A DNA stretch of 63,309 nt, filler included, from Sanchytrium tribonematis (taxonomy: Eukaryota): assembly GCA_018985235.1 (NCBI GenBank). It is 20 parts of 20 records of this genome, joined end to end, with 100 filler letters (N's around TTAATTAATTAA, not from the genome) between each part and the next. Parts side by side here need not be neighbours in the genome. Positions count along the whole stretch, not along the records: positions 11,830 to 30,733 come from JADGIG010000107.1; positions 30,834 to 33,087 come from JADGIG010001088.1; 18 more parts are not named here. One strand, 5' to 3'. The translations under genes were made by a program, and so were the position numbers. Positions 22,392 through 33,187 of the stretch are shown one piece after another. The notes below the pieces were generated by a model, which saw only the letters and a program-made list of their open reading frames with translations, made no database searches and was not told the origin of the DNA. The first letter of the stretch is position 1; each line of letters begins with the position of its first letter.

Positions 22392-23820
22392 TTAATCACT
22401 TGGACCGATCATTTCTTCTGGTCTTACCCATTTGTCAAAATCCTCACTAGTTAGCAGTTTCAAAGCAATTGCAGCTTCTTTCAAAGTTGTTCCCTCCTTG
22501 TGCGCTTTCTTTGCAGCCTTTGCAGCATTATCATAACCTATATAAATGCAAATTACCAATATATGGATTTAATGCCGTGACTAACATCAATGATTCATTC
22601 ATTATACTGTTGATTTTCTCTTTATTCGCAACTGTACCAGAAACACAATGCTCTGCAAAAGAGCGACTTCCATCTGCCAACAATCGAATACTTTGCAATA
22701 AATTTCGAATCATTACAGGTTTAAAAACATTTAATTCGAAATGTCCATTTGATCCACCAACTGAAATGGAAACATGATTTCCCATGACCTGTGCACAAAT
22801 CATAGTCATTGATTCACATTGAGTCGGATTCACTTTTCCAGGCATAATACTACTACCTGGTTCATTTTCTGGCAAACTTAGCTCACCTAAACCGCATCGA
22901 GGTCCACTGCCCAATAATCTAAAGTCATTTGCTATTTTCATCAAAGAACAAGCTAGTGTATTCAAAGCTCCACTTGCAAATACAATGGCATCTTTCGAAG
23001 CCAAAGCTTCAAATTTATTTGGCGCTGTTTCGAAAGGCAAGTCAGTCAATTCTGCAATCTGCTTGGCAACAGTAATATCATACCCTTTTTTTGTATTCAA
23101 ACCAGTGCCGACAGCTGTTCCACCCAATGCCAGATAGTAAAGATGAGGCAATGCATATTCGACTCTTTGAATTCCTAAATTGATCTGTTGAACATATCCG
23201 CTAAACTCTTGTCCCAATGTTAAGGGAGTTGCATCTTGTAAATGAGTTCGCCCAATTTTAATAATATCTTTAAATTCATCTGATTTTTTTTGCAGCTCAT
23301 CTTTTAGAGCGTGAAGTGCGGGTATTAAGTCATTCTTAATTGCCATCGCAGCTGCAATATGCATTGCTGTTGGAAAAGTATCATTAGAAGACTGTCCCAT
23401 ATTGATGTGATCATTTGGGTGTACTGGTTTTTTGCTTCCTAGTTCGCCACCTAGTATTTCAATTGCTCTATTGCTAATGACCTCGTTGCAATTCATGTTG
23501 CTTTGTGTGCCGCTTCCAGTTTGATAAGTGACTAGTGGGAAATGTTCGTCCAATTTTCCTGTTATAACTTCGTCACAGGCTTGAACGATCGCAGGAAATT
23601 TATCACTTAGTTTGTCTTTGTTAATGATGGCACAAGCCTTTTTAATGACGCCGAATGCGTGAATAACTTTAATTGGCATCTTATCCGTAGAGTCTCCAAT
23701 CTTAAAATTCATTAAACTTCTTTGTGTTTGTGCTCCATAATATTTATCTGACGGAACTTGAAGCTCTCCAAATGTATCTCTTTCTGTACGTGTTGCCATT
23801 CGTCTGAGGGCGCGCAACAT
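22392..23820 (-). CDS. FUM1: Fumarate hydratase class II; exons 23820-22557 and 22537-22392
   Basis: [38 protein letters not shown]. The spliced C-terminus reads [26 protein letters not shown]...[12 protein letters not shown]. Confidence 0.97.
22538..22556 (-). other. 19-nt spliceosomal intron GTAATTTGCATTTATATAG (phase 1)
   Basis: Removal restores the conserved fumarase IG-YD motif and C-terminus. Confidence 0.93.
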
Positions 23821-23869
23821 AAAACTCCGTCTAGAAAAATTTCCGATTTAATTGTGCGGCATACTTGAT

Positions 23870-24880
23870 TTATTTCCAGAAAAAGTCTTGATCTGCATCT
23901 ACCTCAATTTCTTCAGTGTGCTCATTCTTTTTCTTCAAAACTACCCTCACCTTTTTCTTTTGATGACTTCTTTTAGATTTTTGTTCAACTTTTGATTTTT
24001 GTTTGAAAATGAGTTCTTCTTGTTCATATTCCCTCATTTTCTTGTCAAGTGCTTTCCTTATTTTAATTTGCTGTTCAGCCGGTAATCGATCAAATTTTTC
24101 CATAATGTTGTTCACCTTAGTCTCAATTTCACCAAGCATTTGAAAAGGAGTTAAGGATTGCTCTGGACCGATGCAGAATTTATAGACTCTTTGAATTATC
24201 AATGCAAGATTATCTGTATTAAGCAAATCAGATTTGTCAAAGGAAACCGAGTGCTTTAATACAGCCTTAGAGACGTCTTCCTTTTCAACATCAATTTTGG
24301 CTACTTCCAATGGTTCCGTAAGGCTTCTCAACAAGTCTTTTTGCTGTATTTGTTGATATTTGAACAATAAATCCAAATTATCCTGTTCGAGACTGCTCAT
24401 GTACTGAGCTAATTCTTGAGGGGTCCAATCCTTTTTCCCTAGCTTGTCAAAGAACTTTTGATATTCTTCAAGTTCTCGTAGAACGTCATGCTTTTTGGCT
24501 ATCTCGTTTTTTAGAACTTGTGATTGTGTAAGAAGTTGTTCATATTCATTTGCTTTTTCTTGCTTTAGTTTTGATTCTAATTCTGCCCTTTTGATGGCAT
24601 CTATGCAAACTTTATCACTCTGCTTAAGAAACTCATTAAATTTTAAAGCATCCTCTTTTAGTGTTTGTTCATCTTCCTCAATCTGTTTTCTTTCACTCTC
24701 CATTTGTGCTGTTAACTTATCAATCTCTTGCTTCTTAAGTTCAATATCATGCTGCAAATAATGAATTTCCCTTTTTCTATCCTTATATTCATCAATATAC
24801 TCTTTACAAAATTTATAATTTTTAACAATAGACTGGTTCAGCATATTATTAGCAGCACCAACATAATCCTGAATCGACAT
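23870..24880 (-). CDS. CFAP100: CFAP100/CCDC37-like flagellar coiled-coil protein (DUF4200)
   Basis: KREIHYLQHDIELKKQEI...LKEDALKFNEFLK...AIKRAELESKLKQEK; LEQDNL. Confidence 0.75.
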   Translation of the reverse strand: MSIQDYVGAANNMLNQSIVKNYKFCKEYIDEYKDRKREIHYLQHDIELKKQEIDKLTAQMESERKQIEEDEQTLKEDALKFNEFLKQSDKVCIDAIKRAELESKLKQEKANEYEQLLTQSQVLKNEIAKKHDVLRELEEYQKFFDKLGKKDWTPQELAQYMSSLEQDNLDLLFKYQQIQQKDLLRSLTEPLEVAKIDVEKEDVSKAVLKHSVSFDKSDLLNTDNLALIIQRVYKFCIGPEQSLTPFQMLGEIETKVNNIMEKFDRLPAEQQIKIRKALDKKMREYEQEELIFKQKSKVEQKSKRSHQKKKVRVVLKKKNEHTEEIEVDADQDFFWK

Positions 24881-25033
24881 AATAATTCTGACTGTTTTAT
24901 ATTTTTTGGCAGACTGAACTGTGAATTTTCAAGGCTTTTAAATAATCCAAAATCTTAATCGACTTTTTTCATGATAATAAAAACGTAATCATCAATATAT
25001 CCGAAGCCAAATTCAATTGTTTGAAACAACTCC

Positions 25034-25522
25034 ATGAAAATTTTTAAGCAACAACAATTCGTTCAAGCAAGTCCTGTGGCGGTTTACAACGTTATTAGCA
25101 ACATTAACAACTATCACAAATTTATACCGTTTTGTTCGAGTAGTAATATTTTAAAAACGAAAGCAGATTTAATGTTGGATGCACCTCTTCATAGGCAGAT
25201 TTTACTTGACGCCGAATTGGGTATATCGTTTTACAAGTTTAAAGAGTCATATATATCCCAGGTCACATGTATCCCTTTCAATTACGTTAAGGCAACAAGC
25301 CAATCTAAACTATTCAAGGACTTGACAACTATTTGGAAGATTAATGGCAATTACACTGATAATGAGTGTAAAGTCGAGTACACCTTAAAGTATGAGTTCA
25401 ACATGCTTTTATATGAAAAGCTTAGTCGCCTCGTTTTTGATTCAATGAGTTCGAAGATGATGGATGCATTCATTCAAGAAATTAAGCGTCAGAGCCAAAA
25501 TGAAACTCAATTATTGATTTGA
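25034..25522 (+). CDS. COQ10: Coenzyme Q-binding START-domain protein
   Basis: VYNVISNINNYHKFIPFC, AELGISF..FKESYISQVT, LFKDLTTIW, MMDAF. Confidence 0.88.
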   Translation: MKIFKQQQFVQASPVAVYNVISNINNYHKFIPFCSSSNILKTKADLMLDAPLHRQILLDAELGISFYKFKESYISQVTCIPFNYVKATSQSKLFKDLTTIWKINGNYTDNECKVEYTLKYEFNMLLYEKLSRLVFDSMSSKMMDAFIQEIKRQSQNETQLLI

Positions 25523-25893
25523 GTCCTAGGATCGAGGTTCGCCCATATACTTTTGTAATTGCTGAAATTCGATTAATCCATTTACCCGCATTTTTGGCGA
25601 AATTGGAATTTCAGTTTGTGGATTCTATCGCTGAGCCACTCTTATTGTCCCATCACTTTTAAATAACTTTTTACTTAAAGCACCTGGCTTATAAGTATTA
25701 AAATAAACAAAAACAGTTATTTAAAAATACAATTTACTCAGCAACAGTAACTTCGGAGCGATAATTTATCTTGCAAGTACAGGTATTCTACAATTAGATG
25801 GCAGAATTTGATTGCAATCCAATGCTTTACTGTAGCTCATTTCAGAAATCAAGACTTTGGTCGTTATGATTTGACCGCTTTGTTTTTTCTCGA

Positions 25894-27213
25894 ATGTCTG
25901 AAATTATGGCCACAAAAGTTTCATATTTGGCGGATATTTCAAATAATAAAATTGTGTTGGACATCATTGGCAACTCAAAATACCTCAACATTAACTTGGA
26001 GTCACTTCCTGATGAGCCATTAATAGGTTTGAGTAGTTATTTGGCCTATGGTAGTGGAAATTTGGAAAATCCATTGAAAAGAAAACCACACCCAAATTAC
26101 ATTTTGCAGTATCAAACAGAGAAATACCTCTTTAAAGCAAGAAAGATATTGATTTTACACTGTGGGTTATTGCTGGATGTATTGGAACCGCTTTTGGTGC
26201 ATTCTTGGAAAAATATGGCTGGCTTGGAATTTAATGATTCTATTATTCCTCTCATAAGCAAATCATTCTTGATGAAAACTATAGAAACTTCTGTAGTGGA
26301 CACAAGTGAATATCGCTTATTATTTGAAGGTGCGACATCCTTAAAGTCATTATTCGAAGATTGGAACTCTCAGTTTTGTAAAGTTGAGGCCATTCCCGAA
26401 ATGTCAAGTATTTACTCGAAGTACATTCAAATCAGCGACTTGACTGCTTGCAATAGTGGATTTGAAGAATCTAACGTTCAAGGATGCAAGGATATCTTCA
26501 ACGACTTTGTGTCTCAATGTAGAATCAAATATGGAATGTTTAAACGGCAAATTATGGTAATTGGAACTTCAGAAAGTGGTAAGACTGTTCTTTCTAATAG
26601 GTTGAGTCAGTATTATGAGTTGGATATGGTGACAGATACTCCCTCGGCTAATCCACATGGGAGCGTGCTAGATTGTAATTTGTTTGATGTGACAAGTGTT
26701 TCTAGTGCAATCGAGAATTTTAAACCGAATTTAATTATTATTCTAGGTAAAGACAAGAATGATCATTTGATATCAATAATTGAATTTGTAAATACATTAG
26801 ACGTGGAATTGGTTTTTATTGGTAATGAATTTTATGAATTTGAAAAGTCTCCAGCTGACCTGAAAAACATAGTATGGCCAAGGGATGACTTTCTATTTAA
26901 AGATACCCGATTTTCTTTATGGAAACACATAATTAAACAGCTTAAGCCGTCATTCTGCTATGACATCCCGATTGAATACAAAAAGTCAGAAATGGACAGA
27001 ATCAAAGTTCATTTGGAAACCATCAAGTCAATTGAGAATTCACCCATACAAGAATTAAAGTATGAAATTCCAGAAACAGAATATTCCAAGGATGCCGCTA
27101 GAACATTAGAAAAAGTGATTCCTCATATAATCACAGGGTTAAAAACAATAGATCTAAAAGATAGCAAAACAGTGATTCAAGATCTCGGTAATTATTTGCT
27201 AGCAATCAAATAA
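25894..27213 (+). CDS. Divergent adenylate kinase 7-like protein
   Basis: RKPHPNY...EK motif, P-loop GTSESGKT, C-terminal Dpy-30-like VIPHIITGL...LGNYL. Confidence 0.6.
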   Translation: MSEIMATKVSYLADISNNKIVLDIIGNSKYLNINLESLPDEPLIGLSSYLAYGSGNLENPLKRKPHPNYILQYQTEKYLFKARKILILHCGLLLDVLEPLLVHSWKNMAGLEFNDSIIPLISKSFLMKTIETSVVDTSEYRLLFEGATSLKSLFEDWNSQFCKVEAIPEMSSIYSKYIQISDLTACNSGFEESNVQGCKDIFNDFVSQCRIKYGMFKRQIMVIGTSESGKTVLSNRLSQYYELDMVTDTPSANPHGSVLDCNLFDVTSVSSAIENFKPNLIIILGKDKNDHLISIIEFVNTLDVELVFIGNEFYEFEKSPADLKNIVWPRDDFLFKDTRFSLWKHIIKQLKPSFCYDIPIEYKKSEMDRIKVHLETIKSIENSPIQELKYEIPETEYSKDAARTLEKVIPHIITGLKTIDLKDSKTVIQDLGNYLLAIK

Positions 27214-27263
27214 AGGATTGTTTAATTACTGGTTTATTTGAAGCGCTTCCCCTTGGAGTAGTT

Positions 27264-28661
27264 ATGAATTTTTTCCGTACTTTTGCCATTGACCCTATCA
27301 AATCACTTTTGGGTTTCGACGATGAAAACTCTACGCAGCCAAAAGTGAAAGCGACAGAAAATATTCGGACATTAAAAAAGAATCCACTTATCAAATCCAT
27401 AAGAAAATCATTAGATGAAAATCAGTTTCAAAATGTCATTGACCTGTTGATTGAGTTTGCATCTAACTTTCAATTTGAAGCAGATTTGATTTATGCAGAA
27501 ATTCGGTTAAGAAATAATGGACAATGGAAAATCATGTTTGAAAAATACAAGGACGACGACAATTTACCAAATAGGAATTTAGCTATGGGATTACTTTACT
27601 ATTTTGGGTTCGGAATTTATAAGAACAAAACTTACTCGTTGGCTGAATTTGAAAAGATATCAACAAGTAGTGCAGTTGCCCTATATTTTATGGGATGTAT
27701 TCACTATGAATTTAAGAGGTACGAAAAGGCATTTGAATGTCATAGCAAATCCATGGATATGAATTACAATCCTGCATTCAGTTCTTTAGGTTGGTTGTAT
27801 AAAATTGGAGCAGGTGTCGAAAAAGATATTGCTATCGCAAAAGAGCATTTTGAAAAATCACCAAAAAATCCTTCTTCATTGTTTTCACTTGGAAAAATTT
27901 ACTATGAGAGTGATGATATTGCCAAATCCATTGATTATTTTTCAAGATCCTCTGAATTTGGATGTTGTCTTGGTCTGCACTTTCTTGGAGTGATTTATTG
28001 GGCGGGAAAAAGTGTTGAAAGAGATGAAGACACTGCTTGGCAATATTTTAATCAGGCATTTGAGTTGGGTAGTATGGATTCTCTTCTATTTTTAGGTACT
28101 TATTTCAAGAACAAGAATGATTTTGAAAAGGCTATTTCATACTTCAAGCTTGCTATCACCAAAGATATTTACCAGTCAAATTACCGATTGGGGAAGTTAT
28201 ATCTCAAAAATACAAAACAATTTGATCTTGCCATTGAACAATTAAAGGCTGGTGCCCAGAAAAACGATCCTAAAGCCATATTTCTTTTAGGAGATTGTTA
28301 CTTTAAAGGTCATGGGGTTGAGAAAGACATTGAGACTGCCATAATCAAATATGAATTGGCTGGATCACTGGGGTTTGCCGACAGCTATTACAAATTATCA
28401 AGTCTTTACAAAGGAAAATATGGCATGCCAGTTGACCTTGCTTACCACTTTAAGTTTTTGGAAAAAGCTGCTGCATTGAACATGCCTCTGGCGTGTCGTA
28501 AGCTCGCACTTTGTTATCAAACTGGAAGTGGTGTAGCTATATCAGATGATGCTGCCATAGAATGTTTCGAGAAAGCGATACAGCTTGGAGATAAAGAGTC
28601 GAAATTACTGTTGGAAAGATTAAATCAGAAGCGGTACAAAAGGCAACGACGTAGCATGTAG
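27264..28661 (+). CDS. SEL1-repeat protein
   Basis: Multiple LG..Y..G.GV.KD...A repeats. Confidence 0.9.
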   Translation: MNFFRTFAIDPIKSLLGFDDENSTQPKVKATENIRTLKKNPLIKSIRKSLDENQFQNVIDLLIEFASNFQFEADLIYAEIRLRNNGQWKIMFEKYKDDDNLPNRNLAMGLLYYFGFGIYKNKTYSLAEFEKISTSSAVALYFMGCIHYEFKRYEKAFECHSKSMDMNYNPAFSSLGWLYKIGAGVEKDIAIAKEHFEKSPKNPSSLFSLGKIYYESDDIAKSIDYFSRSSEFGCCLGLHFLGVIYWAGKSVERDEDTAWQYFNQAFELGSMDSLLFLGTYFKNKNDFEKAISYFKLAITKDIYQSNYRLGKLYLKNTKQFDLAIEQLKAGAQKNDPKAIFLLGDCYFKGHGVEKDIETAIIKYELAGSLGFADSYYKLSSLYKGKYGMPVDLAYHFKFLEKAAALNMPLACRKLALCYQTGSGVAISDDAAIECFEKAIQLGDKESKLLLERLNQKRYKRQRRSM

Positions 28662-28890
28662 TCAAATTTATGTAGCATAAGTGTATCAATAAAATCAATT
28701 GAATTTATTTCATGGACAAATTACCTTAACATGTTTTGTTTTTCTCTAATTCTAATTTCGCAGTTAAATGGTTGTTACAGATTTGTTGCATTTGCTTTAA
28801 AGACTTTTCAAATGTGCTTTCATTGCTTGACTCTTTAAATCCATCAATTTCAACGGTGATTAAATGGGGATTCCCTTGTGACATTCGACA

Positions 28891-30072
28891 ATGATTACAG
28901 GAGAAATAGCACGAAAAGTAACTGCAACCACCCGCCAAATTAGAGATACTGCACTGCTAGAATTATTCCAATCGATGGATCATTCTAAAAAATACTCAGA
29001 GGAAGAATGGATGAATTTTTTCAAAACAATTTTTTATCATTTTTGGCTGACTGACAAACAATATGTTCAACATCACATTGCAGATGTTGTGAGCGAACAA
29101 CTCTTGACTGATAAGAAGTATTCTCTGTGTTTTTTGGAGTATTTTTGGAAATATATGAGCAAAGAATGGCACAATTTAGATATGTACCGACTTGACAAAT
29201 ATTATGATTTATTTAGAAGATTTTACATGAACACATTCAAGTGTTTGCATTATCATGACTATGATTTAAGTGTTTTTCAGAATATTATGCAAATACTCCG
29301 CAAAGACCAGTGTCCATTAAGCGATGACAGTTTAAACACTCCTAATGGCCTAAGATATCATTGTATTGAAGTGATTTTAGATGAATTCTGTCGAGCTTGT
29401 AGTGACAAAGAGGATCTGGATATTTTCCCACAGATTTTACTTAAAGAAGAATTTTTAATGTGTCTTATTAAACCTATACTACATTTGTTCCAAAACACTA
29501 GAGATATTGGATTGCTTAATCGCTTAAGAGAAGAATTTTTGCAAAAGATATTAAATTTACTTGACCAAGTAGACGAAAAAGCTTTGCAATATGCTGTTGA
29601 TATATTTTACTCGTTCCCATCTTCTTTTACTTTATCAGAAGATAAACGTAAAACTCTATTTGATATTATTCAAACATTTGGCCACGTTACTCCTCAGTTC
29701 ATCAAATTAGATGACATTCCAGATCTTGTTCATATTGATGATGCCGATATGGTGGAAGTAGAGTTTGACCCCAACATGCAGCCAGCGTCAGAATTATCAC
29801 TACGAGAATTAGAGGGCGAGAAATTGGAAAAATTGAAAGAAGTTAGACAGCTTTGGATAATGGCACCAAAAGCACATGCGAAACCAGAATCCGATATGTG
29901 TTATCCAATTGAAGCATTATTTGGAGTTATCCCAAAAGTGAATTTAAATATTCCAAAACTAAACAAACTGAACAAATGCAGTCATTCCAAAAATGTTCAC
30001 TTTCGATTAAAGCATAACAAAATTAAACATTTTCACAAAAGGCAACCTCCAAGCTTTATTGGAACACAATAA
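28891..30072 (+). CDS. RRP1: rRNA processing protein Rrp1/Nop52
   Basis: FYHFWLTDK..VQ, EWHNLDMYRLDKYY.L.RR, PNGLRYH. Confidence 0.88.
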   Translation: MITGEIARKVTATTRQIRDTALLELFQSMDHSKKYSEEEWMNFFKTIFYHFWLTDKQYVQHHIADVVSEQLLTDKKYSLCFLEYFWKYMSKEWHNLDMYRLDKYYDLFRRFYMNTFKCLHYHDYDLSVFQNIMQILRKDQCPLSDDSLNTPNGLRYHCIEVILDEFCRACSDKEDLDIFPQILLKEEFLMCLIKPILHLFQNTRDIGLLNRLREEFLQKILNLLDQVDEKALQYAVDIFYSFPSSFTLSEDKRKTLFDIIQTFGHVTPQFIKLDDIPDLVHIDDADMVEVEFDPNMQPASELSLRELEGEKLEKLKEVRQLWIMAPKAHAKPESDMCYPIEALFGVIPKVNLNIPKLNKLNKCSHSKNVHFRLKHNKIKHFHKRQPPSFIGTQ

Positions 30073-30116
30073 ATAATCTGTGACTGTAATTGTGCAACTG
30101 CCCCCTTCAAATTTTA

Positions 30117-30733
30117 ATGAAAGTCTTTTCATTTATTTTGCTGGCACTTGTAATAGCAGTGCCTAAAAAGCAGGTTAAATTGGAAGATAAAACAGCATCG
30201 ATTGCTGATGATTTTCAAATATTAAGAAGCAACCATTCCGGTCTTTATTACAGCTCAAACATATCCAATATCACATTTAATGACTTCATATATAGTGAAG
30301 GGCTATGGGCGCCATTTAACGCTGTTCAAAATATTTCGACTGTAATGAGTATCTTCAATTCCCCCGGAATAGTTGGCAAATTGACAGATTTTGAGTCTTG
30401 GTTCGAATTTCTTGCAACTCGTGTGAGCTACTACAACTTGCCATTGGGTATTATTGTAGACTGCAAAGTAAATGGATCAAGTACAGTTCCAGAATTTACA
30501 CGATTTCGCCTTGCACCCCAATATATCTTGGACACCAAAGTCATACATAGAAAATCAAGCTACGTGAGCTATATATTCAAGCCATACGGTGTGAAGGATT
30601 CTAAATTATACAAAATAATTCATTTAACAAAAGCTGTGAATGAAACTGCAGATTTTTCTAATTTTAATTCTACAATTAACAAAAATGTATTTATGAAGGA
30701 TTCTAAAGGAGTAGGTCTACTATTTTCAAAATG
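30117..30733 (+). CDS. Hypothetical secreted protein, truncated by gap
   Basis: MKVFSFILLALVIA signal; frame open to the gap. Confidence 0.65.
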
Positions 30734-30833
30734 NNNNNNNNNNNNNNNNNNNNNNNNNNNNNNNNNNNNNNNNNNNNTTAATTAATTAANNNNNNNNNNN
30801 NNNNNNNNNNNNNNNNNNNNNNNNNNNNNNNNN

Positions 30834-32229
30834 TTTGAATCAGAATATGCCAAACAAATACCAGGAAATTGTAAATAATTGCTGTTACGTGAGTAGTGTT
30901 GGTTCAAAGTATAGCAGTGCGCCATTATTAATCATAGAATGCAGTGGGGATGTCGTGACTGGTATTTTTATGGAAAATCTCAATTTAGATGGATATTTGA
31001 ATGGGACAGCTATTCCACGTAGACTGGGTAGTTTATTACTTGGTAATAATCTCATTACTGGTACTATCCCATCTCTACCTCCGAATTTAGTCCAATTGAG
31101 TCTGTCTAAAAATCCGATGAAATCCGTGCTTCCCCCTTTGCCAGCTTCATTGCAACTCATCCATTTAAATAATTGCCCCAATTTATATGGATCTGTTGTT
31201 ATTAGTGGTACTCCAAATGATGTCCAATTAGCATCTAGCTATTTCACATCCATTTCCATTTCAAATCCATCCCAATTAACAACTTCAAGCTGTGATATCT
31301 CAAATAACCCATTGATACCCTCACAAGTCTCTTATTTGGCAAACAAATGCACTATCAGCAATCTTTACTCTCCAGATTGTCCAATCTTGACTAAAATGAC
31401 TGAAAAGATTCAAAATGCAAATGTCCTTCAAATCTCAAATACATGCTGCTCATCCCCACAAATCACTTGCATCGACAATCAAATCACCGAATTAGATTGG
31501 AGTCAGTCTCAATTATCAGGATATCTCAATCTATCATCCATCCCTCCTCAATTAAGTTCCATCAATTTATCCAACAATCAATTAAATGGTATTTCCACCA
31601 TTCCATCACAAATTAAAGAGGTTATTTTATCCAATAATCAATTGAGTGGCAATATTACACTTGATAATCCCACTCAAGTCTATTTAGATGGCAATTTATT
31701 CACTCAAATCGTCATTAAAAATTTAACCAATTTATTAAATTGTGATGTATCGTATAATCCATTAAAGAATTATACTGCAATACGCGGTACTTGTGCATTT
31801 CTAGTGCCATCAAGTTCATTAGAAACTACGCAATCTGTAAAATTGGCTTCAACGACCAGTTTGAAAAATTCTCCTGAAACTAACGAAGTCTCTTTCAAAT
31901 CCAATGCTGCCATCTCTGCAGCGAAATCAGATTCTGAAATATCAACCATTAAAATTAGACCTATTGTAACCAAAGGAACCACTTTTCTCTCCCTCACTCA
32001 ATCTACAGCAACTAACGCATCAATATTGGGAGAATTATCCAATTCCTCAATCTTGACTAGTCATGTAGTCAATATATTTAATGCAAAATCCAAATCAATT
32101 GATTTATCATGGAAAAATGTTGTAAAATTGATGATTTCTTGTGCATTATTCTCAATCGTATTTTATAATTTGATTATTTTGATATTCAGAAGACCAACCA
32201 ACTTTAAAATGCACGTGGTATCTCATTAA
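30834..32229 (+). CDS. Cell-surface LRR protein (repeated Cys-cap + LRR modules, S/T stalk, C-terminal TM); 5'-truncated
   Basis: LxLxxNxLxG repeats, DC...CC caps, CDISNNP; C-terminal hydrophobic helix followed by RR. Confidence 0.88.
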
Positions 32230-32297
32230 GGTTCAATAAATGTAAACTTACTATTTGTTATAATTTATCAACTAGGCCAATCGTGTTTTACTTCAAA

Positions 32298-33087
32298 ATG
32301 ACTCGAGAAATCAAATTTATTCTGTTGCTTTATTTGGCATTGATGACGCGTTTATATTGTATTTCATCAGATTGCCCCAATACCATGTCATTTTTACGTG
32401 GTTTAAACCTTCATTTGACGGATCCATCGCTTTATCAATCTATTCCAACAGATTGCTGTGATTATTCACTTTATAGTGATACTGGGACTATTGCAATTTA
32501 CTGCTTTGGTAGAGGATCCACTCGACATGTAGATGTAATCTCTATTGCGTTTGTGAAGATCAATGGGACGATTCAAAGTCAATTTATCCCTCAAAATCTA
32601 AGTTCTTTAGAATTATTCAGCACGAGTTTAAATACGACAATCCCAAATGATTTACCAGATGGTATGACGTATTTACGACTATCTATAAATGGCATGTATG
32701 GAAACATTCATGATACTTTACCATCTCAATTGACCTATTTGGACGTTTCAAGTTCAAAAATATCTGGATTGCCTGCATCATTTCCAATTGGCATCATTAC
32801 TCTGTATTTATACGACAATATGTTTACTAAAATTCCATTAATTCCGCCAAATGTACGCGATTTGGAATTTGATCAAAATAGAATAGCAGAGCCTTTGCCT
32901 TATTTATTGCCAGATTCATTGACCAGTTTCAGTGCATCTTACAATTTGATAAATGGATCTATTCCAACTACTTTACCAAGTAATATACTAAACTTACAAC
33001 TCAGTCATAATAGATTACAAGGCGCCATTCCAGATCCACTTCCAAATTTCTTAATGTATTTATTCGTTTCTTTTAATCAATTAGATA
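32298..33087 (+). CDS. Secreted LRR protein of the same family; 3'-truncated
   Basis: SDCP..GLN...DCC cap; LP..L..L.LS.N.L.G.IP repeats. Confidence 0.88.
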
Positions 33088-33187
33088 NNNNNNNNNNNNN
33101 NNNNNNNNNNNNNNNNNNNNNNNNNNNNNNNTTAATTAATTAANNNNNNNNNNNNNNNNNNNNNNNNNNNNNNNNNNNNNNNNNNNN

